From Octopus sinensis (taxonomy: Eukaryota), in NCBI RefSeq assembly GCF_006345805.1, contig NC_043007.1:49476001-49540000 (forward strand): 64,000 bases of DNA, written 5' to 3'. Of this stretch, positions 13,560 to 27,401 are shown one piece after another (position 1 is the first letter of the stretch; each line of letters opens with the position of its first letter). The notes beneath the pieces are model-generated. The model ran no database searches. It was not told the DNA's origin and saw only the letters and a list, made by a program, of their open reading frames with translations. Position numbers and translations under genes: made by a program.

Positions 13560-14160
13560 TGTGAACGACAATAAATAGTATATGAACTGATGCAAATATT
13601 GACATAGACCTGAATGGAACAGAAACAAATAATATTAGAATGTTTGCAAATGCTAATAAAACTTAATGAATATGAGTATGTTGGTGTATGATTAAAACAT
13701 GATTGGATGGAGTTTGGGTAAATGAGGTTGGAAAGCTTGGAGTAAGCGATTTAATCTGCCATTGAATTTATGATTTAGCACAAAAAGATTATGAGTTTCG
13801 TAACCCTTTTTCTCAGCTGTTAACCGTTGTATTTTATAGTACATAAGTACAGGATATCAAGACATATGCATTAAAGCAAGTCTAATGGTTCCTGGAAATA
13901 ACTGTAAAGGCAATAGTATTTTTTAATAAAAATATTCCATTAAACAGTCTTTCCTTTCATCATAAAGCTACGGCTAGTCTTCATTGGTGATTCAATGACC
14001 CATAAAATTTTGTTAAATCTTTTTATGTTTGCTTTTTTTCTATTTCGTTCACATATCCTAATGTTTATCAACTAATTTATTGTAACTGCCTCTTATGGTT
14101 CTATACAACTTATCCTTGGTTTCATGGATTTATGTGGATAAAGAGATAAACGTAAATACT
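13560..14160 (-). mobile_element. Old Penelope-like remnant
   Basis: Diverged direct similarity to 11020-11910 (e.g. ggtttcatggatttatgtggataaagagata). Confidence 0.45.
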
Positions 14161-15669
14161 ATCTATGGATAGGGAGCGTTTAGCTTTATATCTTTATCCG
14201 CGCAATATTACTGACTGACGTTAGTCATGGTCACATCACTCTTCTTCAAATGTTCCAAATAGTAAGTAGAAAGGACACAGAGTGGAATATAACCGTTCTA
14301 CAGAAAACCCCAATGACCTGCCGAGAATTGTTGCCAAATCTCCCTCACGTCACATCTGAAAACTTTGTTTTAAAAGAAATAAACGGTACAGTAAGATCAT
14401 ATTGTGTGGAAACGATGTTTTCCATTGATGCAACAGGAACATTTTGGCTCAAAAGTTATTGTATAGTCAATTCGATCTTGTCGTAGTCTTTCATGGATTT
14501 GTGATTACGTAACATGTCTTCCTCCAACGAGTGATGTAATGGAAGTCGAATGATTTTCATTAAGAAATTAAATGTTTCAATCTAAACCGGAAATTTAATT
14601 TCTTTTCTGATAGCCTGGTGAACATAGAAATGTCCTCGTCTCTTTAATTTTGATAAGACAAACTTAAACATTGCAATGGGCGGCTCAAAACTATCGAATC
14701 AACAAGCACACTACAATAATGTATTTGATATTGCATTTGCTTAGTCGGATAATAGCTCTAATTGATAGTACTTATGATTAAATATGTTTGAACTAAGCCT
14801 ATCCATTAACTACTGCTTCTCTAATTCTACATACTATGCACTTACTTTTTAAGACAGTAAGATTGTGACTATAGACAAATTTTGAGTGCCCTTTCGAACA
14901 ATTCGTATATTCGCTTAGAGGTTAGCAGTCAATTATTTCTGACAAATACTTGATTAAAACTGGAAACGCGGAATGATTCATGGATCCCGAGATTATTTCC
15001 TTTCGAAAGAAACATCAAGACGAAATATAGTTAAATGTTTAACTCAATCACGCACGCATGCACGCACACACACACACACGCGCGCGCAAAAAAAAATTGC
15101 TCTTGCATCTTGTGAGTGCATATATGTATGTATTTATGTATGTATGTATGTATGTATGTATGTATGTATGTATGTATGTATGTATGTATGTATGTATGTA
15201 TGCATGTATGCGTGAATATTTATGTGTGTGTGTGTGTATGTATGTAATTATAATTATAATTATAATTAAAAGCATAGAAAAATTCTAGCCACTTGAAAGA
15301 TCATCACAAAGTTACACACGTGTTGAAATCGAGGAAGCAAGCTAACTGATATTCATAACAATATAGATAGCTCTGGGTTGATCAATTTCTGGATTTGCCC
15401 AATGGCCTTCCTTTGTCAGCAGAGCACGCATGTGCTGAGGTAAGCTACGAAATTCGATGTTGGATGTATCTGTGGTATTTATATGTAGTTATGGCTTTGC
15501 GTTTACTCTCCTGTGGTTATGTACAAATATCTCATTTATTTCCTGTAAGTGTACACTCGGATTTTAAACGAATTATAAATTTTATGGATTTACAATATTT
15601 TATATATTTTAATATTGATTTTTAAAAGTAATAGGACTATTTATTTTTATACATTCTTAATATATATGT

Positions 15670-15865
15670 GGGGGCGCAATGGCCCAGTGGTTAGGGCAGC
15701 GGACTCTCGGTCGGAGGATCGCGCTTTCGATTCCCAGACCGGGCGTTGTGAGTGTTTATTGAGCGAAAACACCTAAAAGCTCCGCGTGTCTCTGGCAGTG
15801 GGTGGTGGCGATCCCTGCTGTACTCTCCCGCCACAACTTTCTCTCACTCTTTCTTCTGTTGGCTA
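15670..15865 (+). mobile_element. tRNA-derived SINE (family C)
   Basis: A box tggcccagtgg and B box-like ttcgattcc, followed by gtttattgagcgaaaacac. Confidence 0.75.
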
Positions 15866-17114
15866 AAAACAATGCGAAGCGCATTCTATTTTGCCGATTT
15901 ACACGGACGTAAATACACCAACATAGGTTGTCAAGTGATGGTAGGGGGACAAACACACACACATATATATACATGCATGTATGCTTATATATATACATAT
16001 ATATATGCATATATATACACACACACACAGACACACACATACGCGTATGTGTGTGTGTCTGTGTATATCTATGTACTAGCGGTACACGTGGATATTTCAC
16101 GGAAAGAATGGCAAATCTATTCGTTTATTTCTGAAAACTTTATTAAAAAAATCTGAAAGCATAGTCTTGGCGATGTATGTATGGAAAGACAGTCGCTTAT
16201 CTGCTACTCATTGAAAAGTGAACGCAATTAGAATGCGATGATTACTTAATGCACTTTATATATACACTTTATACACCATTTTATAGACTTAATACACAGC
16301 GCTCATACAATAAATATTCACTCATATTTTCCCATTTCCCCCATAAACAAACAAAAAGAAAATCCCACACATACGATACAACCTTTAGTTGAATTGCATA
16401 TATCTGACACGTAAATAATCGTGAATATTTCACGGAATTGCACTTATGCGCATGCGTTAAGTGATGGGTGAAATTAGAAACTTAGTTCAATTAAAAAAAA
16501 AATTACACTTTTCACTATCCAATCACCACCACCATCATCATCTCTCTCTCTCTCTCTTTCTCTCTCCTCTCTCCCTGCCTCTCCTTAACCTCACCATCAG
16601 AACATTCCCCCTCTACTAAAATTATATTTGTAACTCTCTTCCTCTACATTGAACTTACTTTCTCACCACGTACTAAATATTACACTCCACCTACCTCGCA
16701 TCATGGACGCTTCTCTCTCCCTCTTTTTCTTTCTCCCTCTTTCTGTCTCACTCTTTGTCTTATCCTCCTTTCTCTCCTTTTTCTTTCTCCTCTCTTTCCC
16801 CTCAACTAATCACATGAAAGAGCTACAATTACATCACAGCATGGATGCCTTTCTCTCCCTCTTTTCCCCTCTCTCTCTTTCTCTTTCTCTTTTCTTTCTC
16901 GCTTTCTCTATTCACAAGAATGCGTTACCGACGAATTAAGTAACACAATAGCATACAGAACAATTATAAGATTATTAATGTATGTTTTTATGTCAAGTTA
17001 TATAAGATAAATAATTTAACATTAAACTGAAAGATAAATCTCGAGCAGGGGGTCACCGAAATACGGCCCGTGAGGTCAGTTCATCCGGGCCGCCACCGCA
17101 CTGTACTTTTTCTG

Positions 17115-17775
<661 letters not shown>

Positions 17776-17778
<3 letters not shown>

Positions 17779-20430
17779 CGGGAAGGTTTAAGGCTTACGA
17801 AAATAAACAAAAGACGAAGGCAGGTGGAGTACAAACAAATAATTATATTAGTATGGCGCTCAGGAATAGAAATAAAACAAGTCTTTTACGTTTCGAGCCT
17901 ACGCTCTTCGACAGAAAGATACACAGAAAAGAAACAAGGAGAGAAACAAGGAGAGAAAAAAAATGCGTGCAGGAGCTAACGATTCAACATGGCGTTCTGA
18001 TTAAGGGTGCGTGTGTGTATAAGAGAGTATGTATGTGCGTATGAAAGAGGGCTGGTGGTCTGGACGTGTGTATGTATGTATGATGTGATGTGTAATGTCG
18101 CATGGTGTAGTGTAGTGTCGTATGGTGTAGTGTAGTGTGGTGTGATGTTGTGGGGAGGTGGGGGGCCAGAGTGGGGAAAGCCCATGTGGGGTGTGGGTCC
18201 GGCTGGGGTTGGGGTAGAGTGGGGGTTGTGGGGAGAGTGAAAGGGGGAGAGCAGAGAGAGAGGAGAGGAGGAGGGAAGAGAGATGAGGGGGAGGGGAGAG
18301 AGGAGATGAGGTGGAGAGGGAAGGGGAAGGGAGGAGAGATGAGGGGGAGGGGAGGAGGAGGGAGAGGAGAAGAAAGGAGAGGAGAAGAGGAGGGGTGGGA
18401 AGAGGGGAGGGGAAAGGAGGAGAGGGGGAGAGAATGGGAGTGAGAGAGCACAGAGAAAGAGAGAAGGGGAAGAGGGAGGAAGAAAGGGGAAAGAAGAGGG
18501 AAGAAGGGAAGAGGAGTGAAAGAGAGTAGGGGTGAAAAGATGAAGGACTGAAGAGTCGGGGGGAGGTTAGATGAAAAGGGGGGAGAGTTGAGACCAAGTG
18601 GCGTAAAAGAGCGAAGAGAGAAGATTAATCCCTGTTCACGGCGCAAGCGGGAATCCGGATGGCCTCTGTGCAAGGACAATCCGAACACAGACAGATGTTC
18701 CAAGGAGTGACCGGTGGAGCGGAAATGGCGTGAGACCGGTGTGTCATTGGCAAGGCGGATGTCACGGAGGTGTTCCGCGAACCGATCAGCCAAGCGGCGT
18801 CCCGTTTGTCCGATGTACAGAGAATGGCAGAGAGAGCAGGAGACGCAATAGATGATATTGCTGGAGGTGCAGGTGAAGGAGTTGATGATGCGATAGGGTC
18901 GATGATGGTTGCCAGTGCGGAGGGTGGTGTTGGAGAGGTAAGGGCAAGTGCGGCAACGTGGGCGGGAGCAGGGGAACGAGACAGGTTGGGAGGTAGGGTC
19001 AGGGAAGAAGCTGTGGACCAAGAGGTCTCGTAGGTTATGGGATCGTTTGAAGGAGGGAAGGGGTCGGTTAGGGAAGAGGTGTGAAGTGGACGGGTCGGAC
19101 TGGAGATGCCGCAAAGCTCGAAGAATGGTGCGTTGGAGAGGTAGGTGGTGGGGTGGTAAGTGAGGGGAAAAGGGCGGGTTCGGGGGGAGAGAGCACATGC
19201 ACGGTCTACGGAACGTGCTCTGGCAAGGGCGGTGTGAATAGTGGAGAGGGCGTATCCACGTAGGATGAAGTGGCGAGTCATGAGTTGAGACTGAGTCTCA
19301 AAGTTATGGTCGTCACTACAGAGCCTACGTAGACGGAGGAATTGGGAATAGGGGATGGAAAGCTTGGTGTGTTTGGGGTGGGAGGAAGAGAAGTTTAGGT
19401 ATGAGTGTGAGTCTATGTGTTTGTAGTGAATGGAGGTGGTAAGAATGGAGTGATGAATGCTGACCGAAATGTCGAGGAAGGAGACAGAGGTGTTGGAGAT
19501 AGTGGAGGTGATGTGGAGGGCAGGATGGAAGGATTGAACGAAAGAGAGGAAGGAATCTAGATGTTCACGGGAGAGTGAGGTGGCACCGATAATGTCGTCA
19601 ATGTAACGACCGTATAGTTCGGGAGTGGGACCAGTGAAACTAGAGAATATTTGGGCTTCATCATAGCCAACGAACAGGTTCGCATAGTTGGAGTTAAGAG
19701 AAAGGACAAGTTCGGCCAGACGAATGAGTGTGGAGGTGTCGGGTTCGGGGTTGAGGCGGACGTCGAGAAAGTGTTGAAGTGCCCGCAGTCCTTAGTTTGA
19801 GGGATGACGGTATAGAGGCTTTGGATGTCCATTGTAAAAAGTATTTTGGAGGAGCCGGGAGGAAAGGAGAAAGAGTTGAAAAGCCGGAGAGCATGGTTGG
19901 TGTCGTGGACGTGGGAAGGAAGAGACGCCACTAGGGGGGCAAGGACACGGTCGAGGTATTTTGAGATAAGCTCCGTGGAGACGATGGGGGGGCCAGGGTT
20001 GTTGGGTTTGTGGATTTGGGGGAGGAAGTAAATGGTGGGGATGCGTGGGGTTCGGACAATGAGGTTCAATGCGGTGTGGGGGAGACAGGAGGACGAGATG
20101 AGGTCGTGGACAGTAGAGAATACCGTCTGGTAGTAGCTAAGCGTGGGGTTAGAGAACAGAGAGGAGTAGAAGGAGGTGTCATTGAGTTGGAGGAGCGCCT
20201 CGGCCGGGTAGAGGTCCGCGCGCCATGCCACCACAGCTCCACCCTTGTCAGCCGGTTTGATGATAATGTCAGCGCGCCGTTGGAGGTAACGAAGAGCCGA
20301 GAGCTCAGCCGGGGAGATGTTGAGGCGGCGGTGGCGCCTGGAGAAGTTGAACCGCTCCAACGCACGCTGACAGGCACCTGCGAAAAGATCCACTGCTAGG
20401 AACTGGCCGGGGGCAGGCGTCCACAGGGAA
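17776..20430 (-). mobile_element. Penelope-like element (RT + GIY-YIG), disrupted
   Basis: IIIKPADKGGAVV, MDIQSLYTVIP, ELYGRYIDD, then IIYCVSCSLCHSLYIGQTGRRLADRFAEH. Contains frameshifts and lacks the GxAMG motif. Confidence 0.95.
17883..17918 (-). ncRNA. Minimal hammerhead variant in PLE 3' repeat
   Basis: cttt-CTGTCGA-A-gagc gtag gctc-GAAA-cg-TA-aaag. Confidence 0.7.
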
Positions 20431-20632
20431 AAAAGAGAGAAAAAAAGGGAAAAAAACAAACGTTCGAAAAACAACAACAAAAAAACTATCGCTCGAAAAA
20501 ACTAGATAAAAAAGCGATAGGAGCAGAAAATAAAGGCGAAGAAGATGGGACAAATAGAAAAAGGAAAGAAAAGAAAGAAAGCAGAGAGAAATGTATATAT
20601 GTTTATATATGTATATATATGTATATATATAC

Positions 20633-21066
<434 letters not shown>

Positions 21067-21704
21067 AGCTATGCCATTTTAATCCTGACCAACACCGGGT
21101 ATCTCTACTAATATATAATAATAAAAAAAAAAACAGCGATGTATATATATATATATATATATACGGAAAGGCAAAACCACTTTATTTCAGTAAATTAGTT
21201 CTGACACCAAAAAGAAAAAAATAAATAACCAAGAATTGTAAATCACAGCTTACCCAAGAAGACAACTTGTAGCAATGTAAAAGAAACCAGCAGCCATGTT
21301 ATTAAACTGACAAAAGTTTGAAGTCTTTGAAATTTTCCGAATTGTATAAGATCAGTAAAGAGACCATCAAAATTATATTCCTTACTTTGTGACATGTTTC
21401 TTCAAAAAATATTTAGCAAACGCCTTTCAGCTTATATTATATACAGACATACATGTATGTATGTATATATGTATGTGTGTGTGTGTACGTGTGTGTTTGT
21501 GTGTGTCTGTGTGTCTGTGTGTCTGTGTGTGTGTGCTTGTGTGTTTGTGTCTATGTATGTGTGTGTGTGAGTGTGTGTGTGTGTGAGTAAATTAAGACAT
21601 GCGAAGTCAGGTAATATGTATTCATGTCGTGGTCTTGTTTCCAAAATGCCTCTTACTGTCACCCATTTTGTCTAGATACGAAATAAACTCATGTAAATGA
21701 ATGC

Positions 21705-21767
<63 letters not shown>

Positions 21768-21878
21768 TAATTATCTTAGGTATGATAGATAGTCCCAACT
21801 TGTCCTATACATAAATTGGCCCACACGCCGGAATTTTGGTGAGCTTTCCTGCCTCCCTGTTCGTCTCCTTTCTCCTTC

Positions 21879-21927
<49 letters not shown>

Positions 21928-22057
21928 GCTTTCCTTCTTCTTCCAATGGGTTCTCAGTGCTACTGAAATCATTCAGACGATGACGTGGTTACTTAACAGT
22001 TCCCCGCCAAAAAATGAGTGAGCTTCTTCTGGTACTTTCTATGCTTACTAAAACTTT

Positions 22058-22210
22058 GAGTTTCTTTCAGTTTCCGTCTACCAAAGCCACTCAGAAGGCT
22101 TTGGTCAGCCCAAGGCTATAGTAGAAGGCACTTGCCCAAGGTGCCACGCAGTGGGACTGAACCCGAATACATGTGGTTGGTAAGCAAGCTACTTACCACA
22201 TAGCCACTCC
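22058..22210 (-). mobile_element. SINE family A head
   Basis: Reverse complement reads ggagtggctatgtggtaagtagcttg...gggttcagtcccactgcgtggcaccttgggcaag. Confidence 0.85.
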
Positions 22211-22384
22211 TTGTCTAAACAAATCAGGGGAAACAATATTATGACCCCTTGGAATTATTGTAAAAGTACGATTATAGTGATAATTGTGAAACTATAGCAG
22301 TGAACAAGTAAATAATAAGATAGGGATTATAGTAGTAATACGGAAATTATAATATTGAACAATAATTACCCAGAATGATTTAAC

Positions 22385-25300
22385 AAGTGGAGCTGTGAAA
22401 CCGTCGAGTCATCGGCGACTAAACCGACAACCCCACTAAGCTTGCTGGTGAGAAGGGTGGATTTTCGACACCCTGCGGGACTAAAAACAGAACCCGGCAA
22501 AGGGCAGAGGAACTTAAAAGAGTCAATGGCCATTCCGAAAACGGGTAGACAGAACTCGTGGCCCTTGGTTGGCAGTCTGTCTAGGAGAAGGAATACTCTG
22601 ATTTCAAAACTGGTGTGGAAAAGACTTCTTTGACACAGTGATCAAGCCCGACTCCTACGCGAAACCAATAGAAGTTTGGAAAAAGGCGAGTATCTGGCGC
22701 CTCTGAATAACGAATGCTCCGGGTAAGCTGTCCTCGTTAGCCTTGGGTAGCGGGCAGCTTAGGAGAAGGAACACTCCAAGCCCCAAATCAGGGGAGCAAA
22801 GATCCTACCACCTTGGTGGATTACCTCGATAGGGATGGTGTCTTGATAAAAATACCGGTTGATCGTAACCTAAAAATACAACTCATTCGTGAGTGAAAAT
22901 GCCAAGAAAAATAAATGACGATAAGGGTGTAAACGGGACTAGAACCAATAGTGAAGGTGCTACTCTCGGCAGGTACCCAGGTGGGCCCGGTCGTAATCCA
23001 ACAACTGCTAGCCATTCTACAAGACACAGTACTTGTACTGGTCAAATTATGCAATGTGCTTGAAAACGCAAGTCGTCTGTTGATATGAACAAAAAGCCGA
23101 TCCAGTGCCATGAACACGCTTTGCTAGACAAGAACAATGGCAAATGTAATGTTGCTGGAAAAAGATCATTAGAACTTTGGAACCAACTGGGTATGTTCCT
23201 GATGACTGAAAATGGATTCATGAATCAAATAAGAATATTTCGGAATAGAGGTTTTCTTAATGAGGTCCAGATTCAGACAATCAGGTAAAGCCTCTAGAGT
23301 GGTGAGAATCTCGAGGAGAATAAAGTAGTTGAAGACCAGTGAAGACCAGGCAAGGTGAAGTTTTAGTGGATGAGAGGTCAGCCTATCAATATAATGTAGA
23401 AAAGCCAGAAATAAGAGAGGATATGACTGAGGAACAGAGAAATTTCAGGAAAAGACTTTAAGATTTAAGAATTACAAGAACAGAGACCAAGCCAGTGAAT
23501 CTAAGAAGCTTCGACCATAACAATGTTAAACGCGCGACCCAAAAAGTTGATGAGATTCCGAAACATATTCTGACAAAACATCTAACAGAAACAAGGGACT
23601 TGATCAGATCTGCTTCAATTTTAGTAGGTTAGCTGGTTGGAAAGAAAATAGACAGAAAGAAGGAGCCATGTTGGAAGCGGAGAATTGAAAGCGATGGGGT
23701 ACCAATTAAAAAAGAAAGAGTTCAAAACTGTCAACGAAACCATAAAACAACGCTTGCGGGCTAAAACATTAAAGGTGCAGCGCTACACTGACCACATATC
23801 GCGGTTCCAGCAAAACCAGTTATTCTCAAACAACTAGAGGGCTTAGGGGGAAATACAGAAGGTAAATCAACTCCTGGAGCAGAAGAAAATCGCCAATTCT
23901 GGAATAACATCTGGGGGCAAAACGTTTCGCACAACCACAGAGCTGTGTGTACTCATTCTGTGAGATCCGAATTCCATCACCCGGAGGCTCCACAACTGGA
24001 CCATGTGCGCATAACAGCGGAAGATGTCCTTGCACAGATATCAAAACTGCCAAACTGAAAAGCAGCAAGACCAAACGGAATTCAAGGCTACTGGCTCAAA
24101 TGGTTTAGGTCAACACACAAGACAATTGCGTTGCAATTAGATAATTGCCTACTGAGCGGTACAGTTCCTGAGTGGACAGTTGAGGGAAGAACAACATTGT
24201 TAGTGAAAGATCGGTCAAAAGGCAATGAAGTTGGCAATTACCGACCCATTGCTTGTCTTGACCTCCTATGGAAAGTATTGACAGGTACCCTCGCAGGGGA
24301 AATATATACGTACCTTGCGGAAAACAATCTTCTGCCAGTAGAACAAAAAGGGGTGCCGAAAAGGATCCAGAAGCACCAAGGATCACCTTGTGATAGACAA
24401 GGTTATAATGAAGAACTGTAAACGGTACCAAAAAAACTTATGCATGGCCTGGATAGACTTCGAAAAGGCTTACAACATGTTGACGCCTTCGTAGATTTTG
24501 GAAACACTCGACATGTGTGGAGTAACTGAGAACATATGTGCACTGATTAAGAACAGAATACCTAGTTGGAAAACGTATTTTTCCTGTAACAACCAGCACT
24601 AAGCCGAGGTAACAATTAAAAGAGGTATCTTCCAAGGAGACTCTTGTTCACCTGTTTTATTTGTTATAGCCTTGATCACACTTTCTGTAAACCTACGAAA
24701 ACTCAACGTGCACTATGATCTGAAAAAGAACGGACCTCGTCCCAACCATGAATGATTTAAAATTGTTCGCAAGAACAGAACCTGAAATGGAGAGGCTGGT
24801 CGAGACTGTGCAAATGTGCAGCAAGGATATAGGGATGGAATTCGGTATCTCAAAGAGTGCAGTGCTTACTCTGAAGTGGGGGAAAAGAGTAAATTGTAGG
24901 GGTATGGGATTGCTAAACGGAGAGAGAATGGAAGATTTGGATGATGATGGGTACAAGTACCTTGGGATCCTGGAGCTGGACCAAATCTTGCACAGAGAAA
25001 TGAAATACAAGGTCACCACTGCATATTTGAAGCGCCTCAAACTTCTCTTAAAATCGAAGCTCAACTCAAGAAGCCTTGTGACTGCCATCAACATATGGGC
25101 TGTTGCTGTATTCCGGTATAGTGCACCCATCCTGAGATGGGTGCATCACATTTTCTAACGGCGGCAAGCAAGGATTCACTTTGCCGCTTGATGTACTATC
25201 CCAGACGATTCTTCTCGTTGACACAGATCTTGCATTCTATGAGATCTTGCTAAATATTCTGCTATGTTTCTTCTTTCACTGTTGATGCACTCCCTGTACG

Positions 25301-25980
25301 CTAATCAACCCACGCCCACCCTTACCTCTCTTCATGTAGAGCCTGTGTATATTTGCCTTAGGGTGGAGGGCACCATGCATTGTCATTGTCTTTAGGGTAG
25401 TGCAATCGAGTTGGTCAATCTCCGCTTGTGTCCATCTCAGGATGGGTGCACTATCAGAAGACCTGATACAGCAAAGAAGACCTGCTAGTGCAGGAGTTAA
25501 CGAAAATGGACTTGAGAGTGCTCAATAATTTCGAACAGGAACAGCCGACCAGAGAGAAGAAATCTTACTCCGTATGGAATTACATGGTCAGTTCCACCGT
25601 GAAACTAACAAATTAAAAAACCAGCAAGCATCATGGAGGTGGCTGAACAAGGGTGATTTAAAAAAGAATACTGAAAGCCTAATCATCGCTGCCCAGGACC
25701 AGGTATTGAATACCAACACCGTGAAAAAGAATATATACCACACAAGTGCATTGGACCTCTGCAGAATGTATGGGAAGAGGGTCGAAATTGTGACTAATAT
25801 TGTTAGTGCTTGTGAAAGTCTTGCGCAGAAAGAGTACACGCGTAGACAAGACAAAGTAGCCCAAAACCTCCACTGGCTACTATGCCGTAAATATGTATAT
25901 GAGGTTACGGGTGCTTGGTACCAAGATACGCCCGAAAAGGTAATGGACGAAAAGCGGAAGACAAGAATCATCTATGACAA
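22385..25980 (+). mobile_element. R4/Dong-like non-LTR retrotransposon with 5' UTR, degraded, RLE domain missing
   Basis: N-terminal KRSLELWNQLGMF..NQIRIFRNRGFL; [34 protein letters not shown]; LHGQF; zinc knuckle CRMYGKRVE..IVSAC. Internal inversion at 25242-25454. Confidence 0.85.
22543..22777 (+). promoter_or_regulatory. Two copies of a structured 5'-UTR RNA motif
   Basis: Copy 1 (22543-22599) stem tagacaga/tctgtcta; copy 2 (22721-22777) stem taagctgtcc/gggcagctta. Both are followed by the hairpin ggag-aaggaa(t/c)a-ctc(t/c). Confidence 0.65.
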
Positions 25981-25984
25981 GAAT

Positions 25985-26990
25985 CATCTATGTAGGGTCT
26001 TACTCCAAAGTGTTTCTGTCTCCAGTTTGAGTAGGTTTGTACAGTATTAGATTAATTTGTGGAGAAATAGATGGCATGGTAGAAGGCCGTAAGAACTTCT
26101 TTATTACCTTCCTAGACCATTTTTCATTCTTTTTCTTTTGGTTATTTAATTATGACATTGATGGCCATCTGTTGGAATATTCCGGCTACTTCCGACTCCT
26201 GTGTTTCGGGAAGATTTGAACCACTCGCTGATTTTCCGTATAGAACCTGGTTGATCATTCGAGTACGTAGTCCTTGGTGTTCCGATTGACGACCGTTCCG
26301 GTTTGTATTTTGCTTTATTATCACTGAGGCATAATGAGCTTGGACAATAACATTAGGGGACGGATATGTCTGTTTAGAATTAATCTTTTGAGACAACACC
26401 GCCTCGGAGTTCTCTGCATGTAAACATTGCTCGTAACGTAGCTTCTTAAGGCTAACAAATCTGTATTCGTTTATAGTTTTTTTTTTGTTGATAGACTTAT
26501 CTCCGGGCAAATTTTTTGTGGTGTTTTTAAAATTATGAATTTTTCACTCTGTGTTAGTTCAAAAGATAACAGATAGTTTTTTGTTTGTTTGTTTTCGCTT
26601 CATTTCTAACACGTGTTTTCTTACGCGTGTATGTATGTCTTGTAAATTTCTCGTAGTTGAGTAAACATTGGGATGTATGTGTAGTCCTATAGGTATTCAG
26701 ATGTATATTTGATTATGTAGACATTTGAATGTATGTGTAATTTCAATTTATGTACTTACTGTCTTGTTCCATTTATATTTTATAATTTGTAAACTTTCCG
26801 GTGTTGCTTTCGCGTGTGTGTTTCGTACATGTTTCACTGAGACATCGTGAATAGGAGAAACTGTGCTTTGTATAGCAGTAAAATTTCGTTTTTGTGATTA
26901 TCTTCGTTAATTGACCGCTTCCTTCAAGTCTTCCACAGGTTTCTTATCCCATTCTACCGATGTTATTATATTAGTTATTCAGCGCGGAGA
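25985..26990 (-). mobile_element. 5' part of a second R4/Dong-like element
   Basis: Frameshifted KRKRMK..EGNKEVLTAFYHAIYF..VQTYSNWRQKHFGVRPYID, typical of an R4/Dong N-terminus. Begins at a (TAA)n tract. Confidence 0.6.
26824..26984 (-). ncRNA. Hammerhead-like motif with ~140-nt stem II (G8U)
   Basis: cg-CTGAATA-act..acatcg..gaatggga..gaaac.ctgtg / cacag.tttc.tcctattc.cgatgt..agt-GAAA-catg-TA-cg. Confidence 0.55.
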
Positions 26991-27029
26991 TTATTATTAT
27001 TACTATTATTATTATTATTATTATTATTA

Positions 27030-27401
27030 CTTTTTTTTTCTTCTTTAAAATTTGCTTCCATTTCTTGCCGAGTGTCTTCCCGACTCCTAGGGCAAAGAAA
27101 CTCATAGTATACATTGGTAGGCCATTAAACCAAACTCAGTAGTTCGTTCATTTTTTTTTTTTTTAATTAAAATACATGAGCAGCAACAGTTCTCACATCG
27201 ACAATGCTCTTCTCAATACGTGTGATGTACCAGTTAAGACAATCTTTTGCACTTCTTGCAGGGATGGTAAGCCAGGAATCATTCTCATATAATTTTCGGT
27301 TCCCTTCTTGATCATTCCTAGTGCTCCTACGATCACTGGTATTGTAACCGGCTTGAGATGCCACATTTTCTCAATTTCAATGAGTAGGTCTTTATATTTT
27401 C
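27030..27401 (-). mobile_element. 3' end (RLE C-terminus + UTR) of an R4/Dong-like element
   Basis: KYKDLLIEIEKMWHLKPVTIPVIVGALGMIKKG...LRRALSM*, ending in A-run then (TAA)n. Confidence 0.85.

Noticed and set aside
15670-15745. tRNA gene
   Set aside because: A and B boxes are present but there is no complete cloverleaf, and it continues into a SINE body.
17046-17100. hAT-like terminal sequence cagggggtcaccgaaatacggccc
   Set aside because: Only one short end; no partner TIR or TSD found.
17984-18620. Pro/Leu/Ser-rich extension of the 404-aa ORF (also ORF 8133-8858)
   Set aside because: Read-through into the pyrimidine-rich PLE 3' region; low complexity and stop-poor by composition.
21083-21111. 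Helitron-like 3' end (small hairpin + CTAA)
   Set aside because: The hairpin is imperfect and no matching 5' end or body was identified.
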